Part shown: positions 29,110-39,707 of the stretch, piece by piece | Numbering within the stretch: the first letter of the stretch is position 1 | Layout: each line of letters starts with the position of its first letter | DNA from: Asaia bogorensis | GTDB taxonomy: Bacteria > Pseudomonadota > Alphaproteobacteria > CACIAM-22H2 | Assembly (NCBI GenBank): GCA_945892765.1 | Contig: CAMDDQ010000001.1 | Coordinates: 40,486-104,485, forward strand | Direction of reading: 5' to 3' | Length of the DNA stretch: 64,000 bases | The notes under the pieces: model-generated | What the model was told of the DNA's origin: nothing | What the model saw: the letters and a program-made list of their open reading frames with translations, nothing else | Database searches by the model: none | Position numbers and translations under genes: made by a program

Positions 29110-29492
29110 TGCGCGCTCGCGTTTTCGGGTTGATGGGGAGGCAAAACCGGCTTCGCCGGGAAAGACATCGGACGCACGCCCGCCCAGGCCGGCTTCGTGC
29201 AACGAAGCGGATGATGAGCCTATGGCCGCCTCCGACCGTAATTTGGCCGGCGGCGGCAGACTACTCCCAGGGTCGGGATCGGGTGATTGACGAGGCATTC
29301 TCGCGCACGTTCGTCGAGCCGCTACTTAACGTCGCGGTCGGACGGCCGTCAAGCGGTTCGGAAACGATTCGCGGCGGGCGACACAAAAAATTGAAGGGTG
29401 CGACTGAGGGGTCACTGTGGATGATTCGATCGCGTGCCCACAGACCGAGATTCGGCCGCCTATGTTTCGCCGAAAAGGCGGTATAGGCTGAG

Positions 29493-30338
29493 ATGATGAA
29501 CGACAATTCGACGATCGATTTGCCGGTGTTCGAGAGCGGATGGGTTTGGCTGGTTGGCGCCGGCCCGGGCGAACCCGGATTGCTGACGTTGCTCGCTCAT
29601 CACGCGCTCCGCTCGGCCGACGCGGTCGTTTACGACGCACTTGTCGATCCGCGCATCCTGAAACTCGCGCGGCCGGGCGCACGCCTGGAATATGCGGGCA
29701 AGCGCGGCGGCAAGCCTTCCTCCCGGCAGCCCGACATCTCAGGACGGCTGATCCAGCTCGCGCGCCGCAAGCTCCGTGTGCTCCGCCTCAAGGGCGGCGA
29801 TCCGTTCGTGTTCGGCCGCGGCGGCGAAGAGGCGCTGGCGCTGGTCGCCGCCGGCATCCCCTTCCGGCTGGTGCCTGGAATCACCGCTGCCATCGGGGGA
29901 CTCGCCTATGCCGGCATCCCGGTCACGCATCGCGACACCAACTCGGCGGTGACCTTCGTTACCGGCCACGCCGCGGGCGGCGACGTCCCCGACGATGTGG
30001 ACTGGACCGCGCTGTCGCGCGGCGCGCCGGTCCTGGTGATTTACATGGCCCTCAAACACCTCGATCGCATCGCCGCGCGGCTGATCGCGGCGGGACGTCC
30101 AGGCACCCAACCGGTCGCCATCATCAGCAAGTCGGCGACGCCGGATCAGCGCGTGCTGGAAACGACGCTCGATTCCTGCGCCGCGGATGCCACGACGCAT
30201 CACATGGAGCCACCGGCGTTGATCGTCGTCGGCGAGACGGTGCGGCTGCGCGCGGGGCTCGACTGGATCGGCGCGTTGTCCGGGCGGGTTCTCGACGCCG
30301 ATCCACTCCGCAACCGGCATCGGCGGAAAAGCGTGTGA
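29493..30338 (+). CDS. cobA: uroporphyrinogen-III C-methyltransferase CobA (SUMT)
   Basis: WLVGAGPGEPGLLTL...VLRLKGGDPFVFGRGGEE. Confidence 0.9.
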   Translation: MMNDNSTIDLPVFESGWVWLVGAGPGEPGLLTLLAHHALRSADAVVYDALVDPRILKLARPGARLEYAGKRGGKPSSRQPDISGRLIQLARRKLRVLRLKGGDPFVFGRGGEEALALVAAGIPFRLVPGITAAIGGLAYAGIPVTHRDTNSAVTFVTGHAAGGDVPDDVDWTALSRGAPVLVIYMALKHLDRIAARLIAAGRPGTQPVAIISKSATPDQRVLETTLDSCAADATTHHMEPPALIVVGETVRLRAGLDWIGALSGRVLDADPLRNRHRRKSV

Positions 30339-30619
30339 GATACGGCTCCTGCCTGCGCGCCGGGTTGTCGGGCGCCGCGTTCCTTTTTGTTTCGGCCTGC
30401 GCGCCCTCCGGCTTGCAATGGGTGCGCGAAGGCACGGGTCCTGACGATTTCCGCCGCGACCAGGCCGGTTGCCTCGACCGCGCCGGCGATTTCGATTTCA
30501 TGTCCGGCGGCCGCCGCGAGGAACGCCCGATTGACCGCAGCCAGGGACATATCTATCGCACCTGCCTGGAGGCGTTGGGGTATCGGCAGGTGCGCGTGAA
30601 TTCGGGGCGCGGATCATGA
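30335..30619 (+). CDS. small putative lipoprotein
   Basis: GTG start overlapping the cobA stop; signal/lipobox AAFLFVSAC; its stop overlaps the ATG of the next gene (ATGA). Confidence 0.45.
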   Translation: MRYGSCLRAGLSGAAFLFVSACAPSGLQWVREGTGPDDFRRDQAGCLDRAGDFDFMSGGRREERPIDRSQGHIYRTCLEALGYRQVRVNSGRGS

Positions 30620-31242
30620 CCGGCTACACCCGCATCCTGGCCGTCCTGCTCGCCGTTCTGATCGGCGGCGGCGTCGGGCTGCTGGCGCGGCTGGCGCTCT
30701 ACCCATCGGAGGCGCCGATCGTTACCGTCCTGCGCGAGGGTGCGGCGACCGGCGCCTCGTTGATCGGCGGTCCGTTCACCCTGGTCGATCAAAACGGCTT
30801 GACCCGCCAGGACACCGAATTTCGCGGGCGGCTCATGCTGGTGTATTTCGGCTTCACCTACTGCCCCGATGCCTGCCCAACCAGTCTCCAGGTCATGAGC
30901 GACGCGCTCGACATGCTCGGCAATGACGCCCCGCGCGTTCAGCCGATCCTCATCACCATCGATCCTACGCGCGACACGCCGCAAAGACTGAAAGACTATG
31001 CCGCTCATTTCCATCCACTTTTGCTGGCGCTCACCGGCACCGCCGAGCAGGTGGCAGAGGCGGCGCGCGCCTATCGCGTCTATTACGCGAAATCGGCGGC
31101 CACGGCGCCGGAGGATCCGGACTACATGATGGATCATTCGTCGTTCATTTATCTGATGGGATCTGACGGAAAATACCTGACCCATTTCCGTCCCGATGTG
31201 CCCGCCGATCGCATCGCGGCAAACCTGCGCGATCATCTGTGA
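30616..31242 (+). CDS. SCO1/SenC family thioredoxin-fold copper chaperone
   Basis: N-terminal TM segment and the CPDACP motif (YFGFTYCPDACPTSL), plus a conserved His. Confidence 0.85.
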   Translation: MTGYTRILAVLLAVLIGGGVGLLARLALYPSEAPIVTVLREGAATGASLIGGPFTLVDQNGLTRQDTEFRGRLMLVYFGFTYCPDACPTSLQVMSDALDMLGNDAPRVQPILITIDPTRDTPQRLKDYAAHFHPLLLALTGTAEQVAEAARAYRVYYAKSAATAPEDPDYMMDHSSFIYLMGSDGKYLTHFRPDVPADRIAANLRDHL

Positions 31243-31246
31243 CGAC

Positions 31247-32569
31247 GTGGCGACGCGCGGCCGGGGATTGATCGTCGCCGCCCCGGGCTCGGGAAGCGGC
31301 AAGACCATCGTGACCCTCGCCCTGCTGCGCCTGTTGGCGCGCGCGGGCAGCGAGACGGTGGCGGCGAAATGCGGCCCCGACTATATCGATTCGAGCTTCC
31401 TGGCGGCGGCCAGCGGACGGCCCTGTCTCAACCTCGATGCCTGGGCGATGCGGCCGGCGACGTTGAGCCGGATCGTCGGCGATGTCTCGCGCGGCGCCTT
31501 CGTGCTCTGCGAGGGTGCGATGGGTCTGTTCGACGGCGCCGAAGGCGGCGGCGGCTCGACCGCGGACATCGCCGCCCTGACTGGCTGGCCGGTCCTGTTG
31601 GTCGTCGACGCGCGCGGCCAAGGCGCATCGGCGGCCGCGGTCGTCCGCGGCTTCGTGGGTTTGCGACCGAAAACGACCATCGCCGGCGTTGTCTTCAACC
31701 GCGTCGGCGGGTCCCGCCACGAATCGATCCTGCGCCAGGCCATGGAGAGGATCGTCCCCGGCGTGCCGGTCTTGGGCTTCGTCCCGCGCGACGCCCGGCT
31801 GGCCTTACCGGAGCGGCATCTGGGCCTGGTTCAGGCCCAGGAACACGCCGAACTCGGCGCCCGACTCGATGCCGCCGCCGACGCTATCGCCCCGGTTCTG
31901 GACCTCGCCGCCATCACCGCCATCGCCCGAACCAGTTCCCTGGCCATGACCAGCGGCGAGCCGGCCCGGCCGTTGCCACCGCTCGGCCAGCGCATCGCCG
32001 TGGCCGCGGACACGGCCTTTTCCTTTACCTATCCAGCGATTTTGGCCGGATGGCACGCGGCCGGCGCTGAGATCATTCCCTTTTCGCCGCTGGCCGATGA
32101 GGCGCCGGATGAAACGGCCGATGCCGTCTATCTACCCGGCGGTTATCCGGAGTTGCATGCCGGCAAGCTCGCCGGCAACCGGCGCTTCCTCGAGGGCCTG
32201 CGCGGCGCGGCGCACAAACGCGCGGCGGTCTTCGGCGAATGCGGCGGCTATATGGTGTTGGGCCGGACGTTGACCGACGCCGGCGGACTGTGCCACGCCA
32301 TGGCCGGTCTGCTGCCGGTTGCAACGTCCTTCGCCGAGCGCCGACTTCATCTCGGCTACCGGCAGGTCGAATTGGTCGAGCCTTGCGCGCTGGGCGAAAT
32401 CGGCGCGCGTTTCCGCGGCCATGAATTCCACTACGCAACCGCGTTAGGCGAAGGGCCGGGCGATCCCTTGTTCAGCGTCGCCGATTCGACCGGCCAGTCT
32501 TTGCATAATGCCGGCTGGGTGGACGGCAGCGTCGCCGGTTCCTTCATTCACTTGATCGACGCCGCCTAG
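31247..32569 (+). CDS. cobB: cobyrinic acid a,c-diamide synthase CobB/CbiA
   Basis: APGSGSGKT P-loop and a C-terminal GATase domain (GECGGYMVLG). A GTG start is assumed just after the sco1 stop. Confidence 0.85.
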   Translation: MATRGRGLIVAAPGSGSGKTIVTLALLRLLARAGSETVAAKCGPDYIDSSFLAAASGRPCLNLDAWAMRPATLSRIVGDVSRGAFVLCEGAMGLFDGAEGGGGSTADIAALTGWPVLLVVDARGQGASAAAVVRGFVGLRPKTTIAGVVFNRVGGSRHESILRQAMERIVPGVPVLGFVPRDARLALPERHLGLVQAQEHAELGARLDAAADAIAPVLDLAAITAIARTSSLAMTSGEPARPLPPLGQRIAVAADTAFSFTYPAILAGWHAAGAEIIPFSPLADEAPDETADAVYLPGGYPELHAGKLAGNRRFLEGLRGAAHKRAAVFGECGGYMVLGRTLTDAGGLCHAMAGLLPVATSFAERRLHLGYRQVELVEPCALGEIGARFRGHEFHYATALGEGPGDPLFSVADSTGQSLHNAGWVDGSVAGSFIHLIDAA

Positions 32570-32608
32570 GACCTTCGTTGCCGGCGGCGTCGATCCCGCC
32601 GTCGCCGA

Positions 32609-33169
32609 TCAGCGGCGGAGAGCCGCGTCCACGGCTTGCGTCACTTCGCGAGAGGTTGGCTTCACATCCGATGGCCATGCCCCGATCAGCGCGCCGTCGC
32701 TGCCGATCAGGTATTTGTGGAAATTCCATTGCGGCGAGCCGGCTTCGCCAAGCTGGGCTGCGATCCACCGATAAAAAGGATGGGCGGCAGAGCCGGCCAC
32801 CACCTGCTTGTCGGTCATCGGGAAGGTGACGCCGAAATTGGCTTCGCAGAATTGTTTGATCTCGGCCTTGCTGCCCGGCTCTTGCCCGCCGAAATCGTTC
32901 GACGGAACCCCGACCAGGATTAGGCCCTTCGCCTGGTATTTCTCCCACAGAGCCTGCAGAGTTTCGTATTGGCCGGTATAGCCGCAGAAGGACGCCGTGT
33001 TGACGACCAGGACAGGCTTGCCCTTGTAGTCCTTCAGCGCGAGGTCGCCGCCATCGATCGACGGAAAGGTGAAATCGTGAGCACTCATCGCCACCGCCCC
33101 CATCGAAACCAGCGCCAAACAAACCACAGCAGCCGCCCGCAACGCGAGCCGAACCATCAACTTAACCAT
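32609..33169 (-). CDS. glutathione peroxidase (BtuE-like), exported
   Basis: VNTASFCGYTGQYETLQALW active-site motif with a signal peptide. Confidence 0.85.
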   Translation of the reverse strand: MVKLMVRLALRAAAVVCLALVSMGAVAMSAHDFTFPSIDGGDLALKDYKGKPVLVVNTASFCGYTGQYETLQALWEKYQAKGLILVGVPSNDFGGQEPGSKAEIKQFCEANFGVTFPMTDKQVVAGSAAHPFYRWIAAQLGEAGSPQWNFHKYLIGSDGALIGAWPSDVKPTSREVTQAVDAALRR

Positions 33170-33827
33170 ATCTCTCCTCTTTCCACGGATCCCCGTGATT
33201 GTGATAGCCGCGAGCCTCCCAGAAACCGGGGCGGTCTTGAATTGTGAATTCGAGCCGGCGCACCCATTTCGCGCTTTTCCAAAAATACAGCTTTGGGATG
33301 ATCAGCCGCATCGGCCCGCCATGGTCGGAATGGATCGGTTTTCCTTCCCAGGAATGGGCAAGCAGCACGTCGGATTCGGCGAATTGGGCGAGCGGGATAT
33401 TCGTCGTATAACCGTCATAACTATGGGCGATGACGAACTTCGCGCTGTCATGCGGCTTGACCACGGACAGCAGGTGTTTCGTCGACACGCCTTCCCAATG
33501 GTTATCGTAGCGGCTCCACGACGTCACACAGTGAATGTCGGACATGTCCTGGATCTGGGGTTGCGTCCGAAACTCGAGCCATCCCCAGTTCAACTGGTTC
33601 TCGACGGCGCCGTCGACGACCAGCCGCCACCGAAACGACTCGATCTTCATCTGAAAGCCGAGATCGAGGATCGGCCAATTGGTCACATGGCGCTGGCCCG
33701 GCGGCAGGCGCGGACGCGCCCCATCGGCCGCCTTGCCGGTGAGCAGCCGCCCCTCTTGCGCCCATTTCTGCTTGGCCTCGACCAGCTTCTGGCGGTCCTT
33801 GCCGCCCAAGCGGGCATCTTCGGGCAT
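33162..33827 (-). CDS. molybdopterin-dependent oxidoreductase, sulfite-oxidase fold (short form)
   Basis: SUOX-fold Moco-binding segment (...HCVTSWSRYDNHWEGV...). Its stop overlaps the gpx start by 8 nt. Confidence 0.7.
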   Translation of the reverse strand: MPEDARLGGKDRQKLVEAKQKWAQEGRLLTGKAADGARPRLPPGQRHVTNWPILDLGFQMKIESFRWRLVVDGAVENQLNWGWLEFRTQPQIQDMSDIHCVTSWSRYDNHWEGVSTKHLLSVVKPHDSAKFVIAHSYDGYTTNIPLAQFAESDVLLAHSWEGKPIHSDHGGPMRLIIPKLYFWKSAKWVRRLEFTIQDRPGFWEARGYHNHGDPWKEERYG

Positions 33828-33972
33828 AGTTCGTCTCCTACCGCCGACACTCGACGTCAAGATAGCGCGAATGCGCCCACTGGAAAGGCGTTGTTTCGGT
33901 CACATCGCGTTGATCTGAAATTTCCAGCGGTCGCCTGTGACAAGGAAGACGGAAGCGATTAGGTTCTGCCAC

Positions 33973-36204
33973 ATGATCCGCCGACACAATGTTGCCAGCC
34001 TGTTCCCGTTGATGGCAGGCCTGGGTTTGTTCCTGGGCCTGGCTATAGCCGCGCCAAAGACAGCGACGGCGCAGGCCGTTTCCAACACCGCCGCCGGCCC
34101 CGGTGCGGCGGAACTCGAAGCGCTGGCCGCCACGCTGGAGGATGAAGCCGCTCGCAGGCAACTGATCGAACACATCCGCGCTCTGGTTGCTGTCCAGCAA
34201 AAGCAGCCGGATTCGCCGATCGCGCTGCCGCCCGACAGTCTGGGCGCCCAGCTTCTGGCCTTCCTGTCGCAACAGGTCGCCGACGTCAGCCGCAGCCTTT
34301 TTTCGGCCTTGGCCTTTGTTAATGACGCGCCGAATCTGCTGATGTGGGTGTGGCGCCAGGCCGAGAGCCCGGAGGGCCGCAACCGGCTTCTGGAAATCAT
34401 CGTCAAGGTCGCCGTTGTCATCGGCATCGGCATGTTGGCCGAGCGGTTCGCACACCGGCTGCTGGCGCGGCCGCGGCGTGCGGTTGAGGACCGCGACACC
34501 GAGACCTTGTGGCTGCGTTTCCTGCTGCTGATCGCCCGCGCCGGCATCGACTTGGCCGCCATCGTGGCCTTCGCGGCGGTGGCCTATTCGGCGCTGCCGC
34601 TGACCGAGCCGAACCTGACCACCCAGTTGGTCGCGTTGGGCCTGATCAACGCCAGCCTAGTGGCCCGCGCCCTATTGCTGTTGGCGCGGATCGCGCTGGC
34701 CCCGAATACGCCGTCGTTGCGGCTGGTGCCGCTCGACGATGCCGCGTCCGCGTATGGATTTAGGTGGGCGCATCGACTGGCCAACACCACCGTCTATGGC
34801 TATTTCGCCGCCGAGGCGAGCCTGTTGCTCGGCCTGCCGACGGGAGGCCGCGATTTCATCCTCAAATCCGTCGGGCTCATCGTCGCGGGCATGTTGGTAT
34901 TCCTGATCTTGCGGCAGCGGATCGCGGTAGCGGATTGGATCCGAGGCCGCACGGCCGGGGGTTCACCCGCGCTCGCCGGGCTGCGGCGGCTGCGCCAGCG
35001 CATCGCCGATGTCTGGCACATCCTGGCGATCGCCTACTTCGTCGCCATCTACGCGATCTGGGTTCTGCGAGTTCCCGGCGGCTTCGAATTCGTCCTGCGT
35101 GGGACAGGGCTCACGCTGGCGACGCTGGTCGCCGCCCGCCTTCTTGGGCAATGGGTGAACCGCCTGTTCACGAGGGAAATCCGGCTAGGCAGCGAAATCA
35201 AGCGGCGATTTCCGACCTTGCAAAAGCGGCTGAACCGCCATCGCGACCTTTTCCATTCCATCCTCAGGTCTGCGATCAACGTGTTCGCCGCCCTCTCCAT
35301 CCTTCAGGCCTGGGGCATCGGATCGCTGGATTGGCTGCTGTCGGACAAAGGGCGCAACGCTCTCGGCGGCGCCTTTAACATTCTTCTTATCCTTTTGGTC
35401 GCGCTCGCGTTGTGGGACGCGCTCAACGCGATGATGGAGCGTTATCTGTCGCAGACGGCCAGCGGAGACGCCGCCCGCCGGCTGGCCCGCGCCCAGACGC
35501 TGATGCCGCTGGTGCGCCGCATCGTCTTTGCCGTCATCGCTACCTTTGTCACGCTGATGGTGCTGTCCGAGATCGGCGTCAACATCACGCCATTGCTGGC
35601 CGGCGCCGGCGCGATCGGCCTGGCCATCGGTTTTGGCGCGCAAAATCTGATCAAGGACTTGTTGAGCGGCGTCTCGCTTTTGATGGAGGACGTCATCGCG
35701 GTGGGCGATGTCGTCGATCTCGACGGCCATGCCGGAGTCGTCGAGGCCATGTCGATTCGGTCGATTCGCCTGCGCGACGAGGCCGGCACCGTGCACACCG
35801 TTCCCTTCAGCGCGGTCACCACGGTCCGCAACATGACCAAGGATTTCGCCTTCGCCGTGATCCAGATCGGCGTGGGCTACCAGGAGGACTACGAAGCGGT
35901 GAGCGTCTTGATCTGCGCGGTCGGCGACGGGTTGCGGGCCGATCCGGCATTCGCCGAGCAAATCCTGGCCCCCACGGAAATGGTCGGCATCGACAGCTTT
36001 GGCGATTCCTCGGTGATCGTCAAAGCCCGGATCAAGACCAGACCGGCGCAGCAATGGACCGTCACCCGCGAATTCCGCCGCCGGCTTAAGAAAGCCTTTG
36101 ACGAACGCGGCGTGGCCTTCGCCTCGGGTCCGCGCACCGTCCGCATTGTGACCACCCCGGAACCCGCCGCGCCAGCCCTGCCCACGCCAAGCGCCGCGCG
36201 GTAG
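33973..36204 (+). CDS. MscS-family mechanosensitive channel (large MscK/YbdG-like)
   Basis: Signal peptide, multiple TM segments and a C-terminal MscS core (GVSLLMEDVIAVGDVVDLDGHAGVVEAMSIRSIRLRDEAGTVHTVPFS). Confidence 0.85.
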   Translation: MIRRHNVASLFPLMAGLGLFLGLAIAAPKTATAQAVSNTAAGPGAAELEALAATLEDEAARRQLIEHIRALVAVQQKQPDSPIALPPDSLGAQLLAFLSQQVADVSRSLFSALAFVNDAPNLLMWVWRQAESPEGRNRLLEIIVKVAVVIGIGMLAERFAHRLLARPRRAVEDRDTETLWLRFLLLIARAGIDLAAIVAFAAVAYSALPLTEPNLTTQLVALGLINASLVARALLLLARIALAPNTPSLRLVPLDDAASAYGFRWAHRLANTTVYGYFAAEASLLLGLPTGGRDFILKSVGLIVAGMLVFLILRQRIAVADWIRGRTAGGSPALAGLRRLRQRIADVWHILAIAYFVAIYAIWVLRVPGGFEFVLRGTGLTLATLVAARLLGQWVNRLFTREIRLGSEIKRRFPTLQKRLNRHRDLFHSILRSAINVFAALSILQAWGIGSLDWLLSDKGRNALGGAFNILLILLVALALWDALNAMMERYLSQTASGDAARRLARAQTLMPLVRRIVFAVIATFVTLMVLSEIGVNITPLLAGAGAIGLAIGFGAQNLIKDLLSGVSLLMEDVIAVGDVVDLDGHAGVVEAMSIRSIRLRDEAGTVHTVPFSAVTTVRNMTKDFAFAVIQIGVGYQEDYEAVSVLICAVGDGLRADPAFAEQILAPTEMVGIDSFGDSSVIVKARIKTRPAQQWTVTREFRRRLKKAFDERGVAFASGPRTVRIVTTPEPAAPALPTPSAAR

Positions 36205-36235
36205 CGCGCACCGTCCCGCGCCCGATCGCCTTTCC

Positions 36236-37051
36236 ATGGAGCCACACATGCCGCTTCAATCGATTCCGCTTCCCCGCCGCTACGGTCCGGTCAATTGGCT
36301 CGGATTGTGGACGCTGTATTGCCGCGAAGTGCGCCGCTTCTGGAAGGTGGGAACCCAGACGATCGCCGCACCCGTGGTCTCCGCACTTCTGCTTCTGGCC
36401 GTGTTCCTCCTCGCGCTCGGCGGCGCTTCTCAAAGATTCGGCGACGTCGATTTCCTGGAGTTCCTGGCGCCGGGCCTGATCATGATGACGATGGTCCAGA
36501 ATGCCTTCGTTAATACCTCGTCCTCCCTGATGATCTCCAAGGTTCAAGGCAACATCGTCGATACAGTCATGCCGCCCTTGTCGCCAGGAGAGCAGACCTT
36601 CGGCTTTGCTCTCGGCGGCGTGACCCGGGGGTTGGTCGTGGGCGTGGCGGTGGCGCTGGCGGTTCTGCCCTTCACCTCCCTGCACGTTCACGATTGGGCC
36701 TTCGTTGTCTTTCACGCTATCGCCGCCTCGCTCATGCTTTCGCTGATCGGCATCATCGGCGGCATCTGGTCCGAGAAATTCGATCAGCTGGCCGCCCTGA
36801 CCAATTTCGTGGTGACGCCCCTATCCTTCCTCTCCGGCACCTTCTATTCGGTATCGCGGCTGCCGGATGCCTGGCAGGTCGCGGCCCATCTCGATCCCTT
36901 TTTCTACATGATCGATGGGTTTCGCTATGGTTTCGTCGGCCATGCCGACGGCTCGCTTTCCGCCGGAATTTGGGTTCTGATCGTTTGCAATATTGGGCTG
37001 TGGTGGCTGACCCACCGCATGTTCGCATCAGGTTACAAACTCAAGACCTAG
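36236..37051 (+). CDS. ABC-2 type transporter permease
   Basis: Six TM segments with ABC-2 topology. No ATPase gene is adjacent. Confidence 0.65.
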   Translation: MEPHMPLQSIPLPRRYGPVNWLGLWTLYCREVRRFWKVGTQTIAAPVVSALLLLAVFLLALGGASQRFGDVDFLEFLAPGLIMMTMVQNAFVNTSSSLMISKVQGNIVDTVMPPLSPGEQTFGFALGGVTRGLVVGVAVALAVLPFTSLHVHDWAFVVFHAIAASLMLSLIGIIGGIWSEKFDQLAALTNFVVTPLSFLSGTFYSVSRLPDAWQVAAHLDPFFYMIDGFRYGFVGHADGSLSAGIWVLIVCNIGLWWLTHRMFASGYKLKT

Positions 37052-37096
37052 ACCGGTTCATTCCGGTTTCCTCGTACCAACACATCGAGGGCCGCG

Positions 37097-37486
37097 ATGG
37101 GTTTAGCTGCACGTTCGGTCAAATGGATAATGTTGGTGTCGGGCACCTTGACCTGCACCATGGTCTACGCGGCGACTGCGCCGCAGGCGGCCCTTCAGGC
37201 CACTTTTGGGGAAACCCTCGACGGACCGCTTGCCGAGATTGTCTTGCGTAACTGGGGTCTGTTGATCGCGGCGGTCGGCGGGCTGTTGATCCATGGAGCG
37301 TTTAACCCGGCGGTGCGCGCGCCGATCCTGGTCGTCGCCGGGGTCAGCAAACTGGCCTTCGTTGTGCTCGTGCTTTCTCAAGGCTCACGTTATCTGGAGT
37401 ACGGTGCGGGTATCGCCATAGCGGTCGATCTCGTATGGGTGATTCTCTTCGCGTGGTGTTTGCTGGGGCGCCGCGCGTCGGCCTAA
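37097..37486 (+). CDS. small hypothetical membrane protein
   Basis: 129 aa with 3-4 TM segments. Confidence 0.45.
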   Translation: MGLAARSVKWIMLVSGTLTCTMVYAATAPQAALQATFGETLDGPLAEIVLRNWGLLIAAVGGLLIHGAFNPAVRAPILVVAGVSKLAFVVLVLSQGSRYLEYGAGIAIAVDLVWVILFAWCLLGRRASA

Positions 37487-37614
37487 ATCCGACACGACAT
37501 CGTCATATTCCCGCCGTTGACTTGCCGCGCCCACCCGCCAATACTTGTCGTTTTTCTGCGGAGGCCCTTGGGCCGAAGGAAGGGCGGGCGACCGCCCCAG
37601 CAACAGGAGCAACA

Positions 37615-38790
37615 GTGATTTCCGCCGTGATGCCCACCTATGCTCGGGCGGCTATCGCCTTCGAGCGTGGGGAGGGGGCTTATCTCTTTGACGCCGATGG
37701 TACCAGTTTCCTCGATTTCGCCAGCGGCGTCGGCGTGACCGCGCTCGGACACGGCCATCCCCATCTTGTCGGCGCGTTGACCGAACAGGCGTCGCGCCTG
37801 TGGCACACCTCGAACCTGTACCGCTGTCCGGGCCAGGAGAGGCTCGCGCAAAGGCTGGTCGACAACAGCTTCGCCGACACCGTGTTCTTCACCAATTCCG
37901 GAGCGGAGGCGGTGGAATGCGGATTGAAATTGATCCGCAAACATTTCGACGAAACCGGCAAGCCCGAACGGTATCGCGTGATCTGCTGCGAAGGCGCGTT
38001 TCATGGGCGCACGCTGGCCACCATCGCGGCGGGCGGCCAGGAGAAAAATTTGAAGGGATTCGATCCCGTCGTCGGCGGATTCGATCACGTCGCGTTCGGG
38101 AATTTGAACGAGCTGCGCGCGAAGATCGGGCCGGAAACCGCCGCCATCCTGGTCGAGCCGATACAGGGCGAGGGCGGCATCCGCGTCGGCGATTCCGACT
38201 ATCTCAAGGGGCTGCGTGCGGTCGCTGACGAATTCGGCCTTCTCCTTTTTTTCGACGAGGTTCAGTGCGGCATGGGCCGGACCGGCCGCCTCTTCGCCCA
38301 TGAATGGTCCGGCGTGACGCCGGACGTGATGGCCGTGGCCAAGGGCATTGGCGGCGGCTTCCCCGTCGGTGCCTGTCTGGCGACCGAACGCGCCGCCATC
38401 GGCATGACCGCCGGGACCCATGGTTCGACCTACGCCGGTGGGCCTCTGGCCATGGCCGCGGCCAATGCCGTCCTGGACGTGATCCTGGCCGATGGCTTTC
38501 TGGCCGGGGTCCGGCGTGTTGCCGCCATTCTCTCGGAGAAGCTGCGTGTTTTGGTCGCTTCCCATCCCCGCGTCTTCTCGACTTTGAGCGGCCGCGGGTT
38601 GATGCTGGGCTTGAGTTGCGTCGCCGCAAATACCAAGGTCGTCGAGCGGCTGCGCGCCAACCGGCTGCTTGTGGTCGCCGCCGGGGGAAATATGATTCGC
38701 CTGTTGCCGCCGCTCATCATCGACGGCCGGCATGTCGAGGAGGCGGGGGGTCTGATCGAGACCGCCTGCCGGCAATTGGACGCCGCCTGA
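37615..38790 (+). CDS. argD: acetylornithine aminotransferase ArgD
   Basis: Class III aminotransferase ([22 protein letters not shown]...). PLP-lysine region present. Confidence 0.85.
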   Translation: MISAVMPTYARAAIAFERGEGAYLFDADGTSFLDFASGVGVTALGHGHPHLVGALTEQASRLWHTSNLYRCPGQERLAQRLVDNSFADTVFFTNSGAEAVECGLKLIRKHFDETGKPERYRVICCEGAFHGRTLATIAAGGQEKNLKGFDPVVGGFDHVAFGNLNELRAKIGPETAAILVEPIQGEGGIRVGDSDYLKGLRAVADEFGLLLFFDEVQCGMGRTGRLFAHEWSGVTPDVMAVAKGIGGGFPVGACLATERAAIGMTAGTHGSTYAGGPLAMAAANAVLDVILADGFLAGVRRVAAILSEKLRVLVASHPRVFSTLSGRGLMLGLSCVAANTKVVERLRANRLLVVAAGGNMIRLLPPLIIDGRHVEEAGGLIETACRQLDAA

Positions 38791-39707
38791 TGGGTGAGCC
38801 GCGGCACTTCCTCGACATCGACCTCTGTAGCGCGGCCACGCTGCGCGGCATCCTCGAACTCGCCACCGCCTTCAAGCGGCGTCGGCCGCCCAAGGGGGAG
38901 CCGCGGCCCCTTGTCGGCAAGACCCTCGCGATGCTCTTCGAGAAGCAATCGACCCGCACGCGTTTGTCCTTCGAGGTCGGGATGAGCCAATTGGGCGGCG
39001 ATACGATCGTGCTCAACACCCAGGATTCGCAGCTCGGCCGCGGCGAAAGCATCGCCGACACCGCGCGTGTGCTGTCACGGTATGTCGATGCCATCGTGTT
39101 GCGCACGACCAGCGCGGACAAGCTGCACGAATTGGCCGATCATTCGCAGGTGCCGGTCATCAACGGCCTGACCGACAAGAGCCACCCCTGCCAAGTCCTC
39201 GCCGATGTCATGACGTTCGAGGAACATCGCGGCCCCATCCGCGGGCGGGTCGTGGCATGGAGCGGCGATGGCAACAACGTCGCCGCTTCGTGGGTCCATG
39301 CCGCCATCCGCTTCGACTTTGTCCTGCGGCTGGCCTGTCCTGCCGGCCTGCAACCGCCGGAGGCGCTGCTGGCCTGGGCGCGCAAGGAAGGCGGTACGGT
39401 CTCCGTCACCGAGGACGTCGAAACGGCGGTCGTGGATGCCGATTGCGTGGTCACCGACACTTGGGTTTCCATGGGCCAGACCGACGGCGAATTCCGGCAC
39501 AATCTACTGCAGCCCTATCGCGTTGATGAACGATTAATGGCGCGCGCCAAGCCCGACGCGATCTTCATGCATTGCCTCCCGGCCCGGCGCGACCGCGAGG
39601 TGACCGCGGGCGTCATCGATGGACCGCAATCGGTGGTCTGGGATGAAGCCGCGAACCGCCTGCACGCGCAGAAGGGCTTGCTCGTCTGGTGTCTGAACGG
39701 GATTTGA
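38790..39707 (+). CDS. argF: ornithine carbamoyltransferase ArgF
   Basis: STRTR and HCLP motifs ([23 protein letters not shown]). Its ATG overlaps the argD stop. Confidence 0.9.
   Translation: MGEPRHFLDIDLCSAATLRGILELATAFKRRRPPKGEPRPLVGKTLAMLFEKQSTRTRLSFEVGMSQLGGDTIVLNTQDSQLGRGESIADTARVLSRYVDAIVLRTTSADKLHELADHSQVPVINGLTDKSHPCQVLADVMTFEEHRGPIRGRVVAWSGDGNNVAASWVHAAIRFDFVLRLACPAGLQPPEALLAWARKEGGTVSVTEDVETAVVDADCVVTDTWVSMGQTDGEFRHNLLQPYRVDERLMARAKPDAIFMHCLPARRDREVTAGVIDGPQSVVWDEAANRLHAQKGLLVWCLNGI

Noticed and set aside
29110-29492. A cobalamin riboswitch in the long divergent region upstream of cobA. It contains GTCACTG and a CACTGTGG...CCACAG hairpin.
   Set aside because: Core elements (GGTGCC, AGGGAA, GCCACTG followed by GGGAAGGC) are absent in either orientation.
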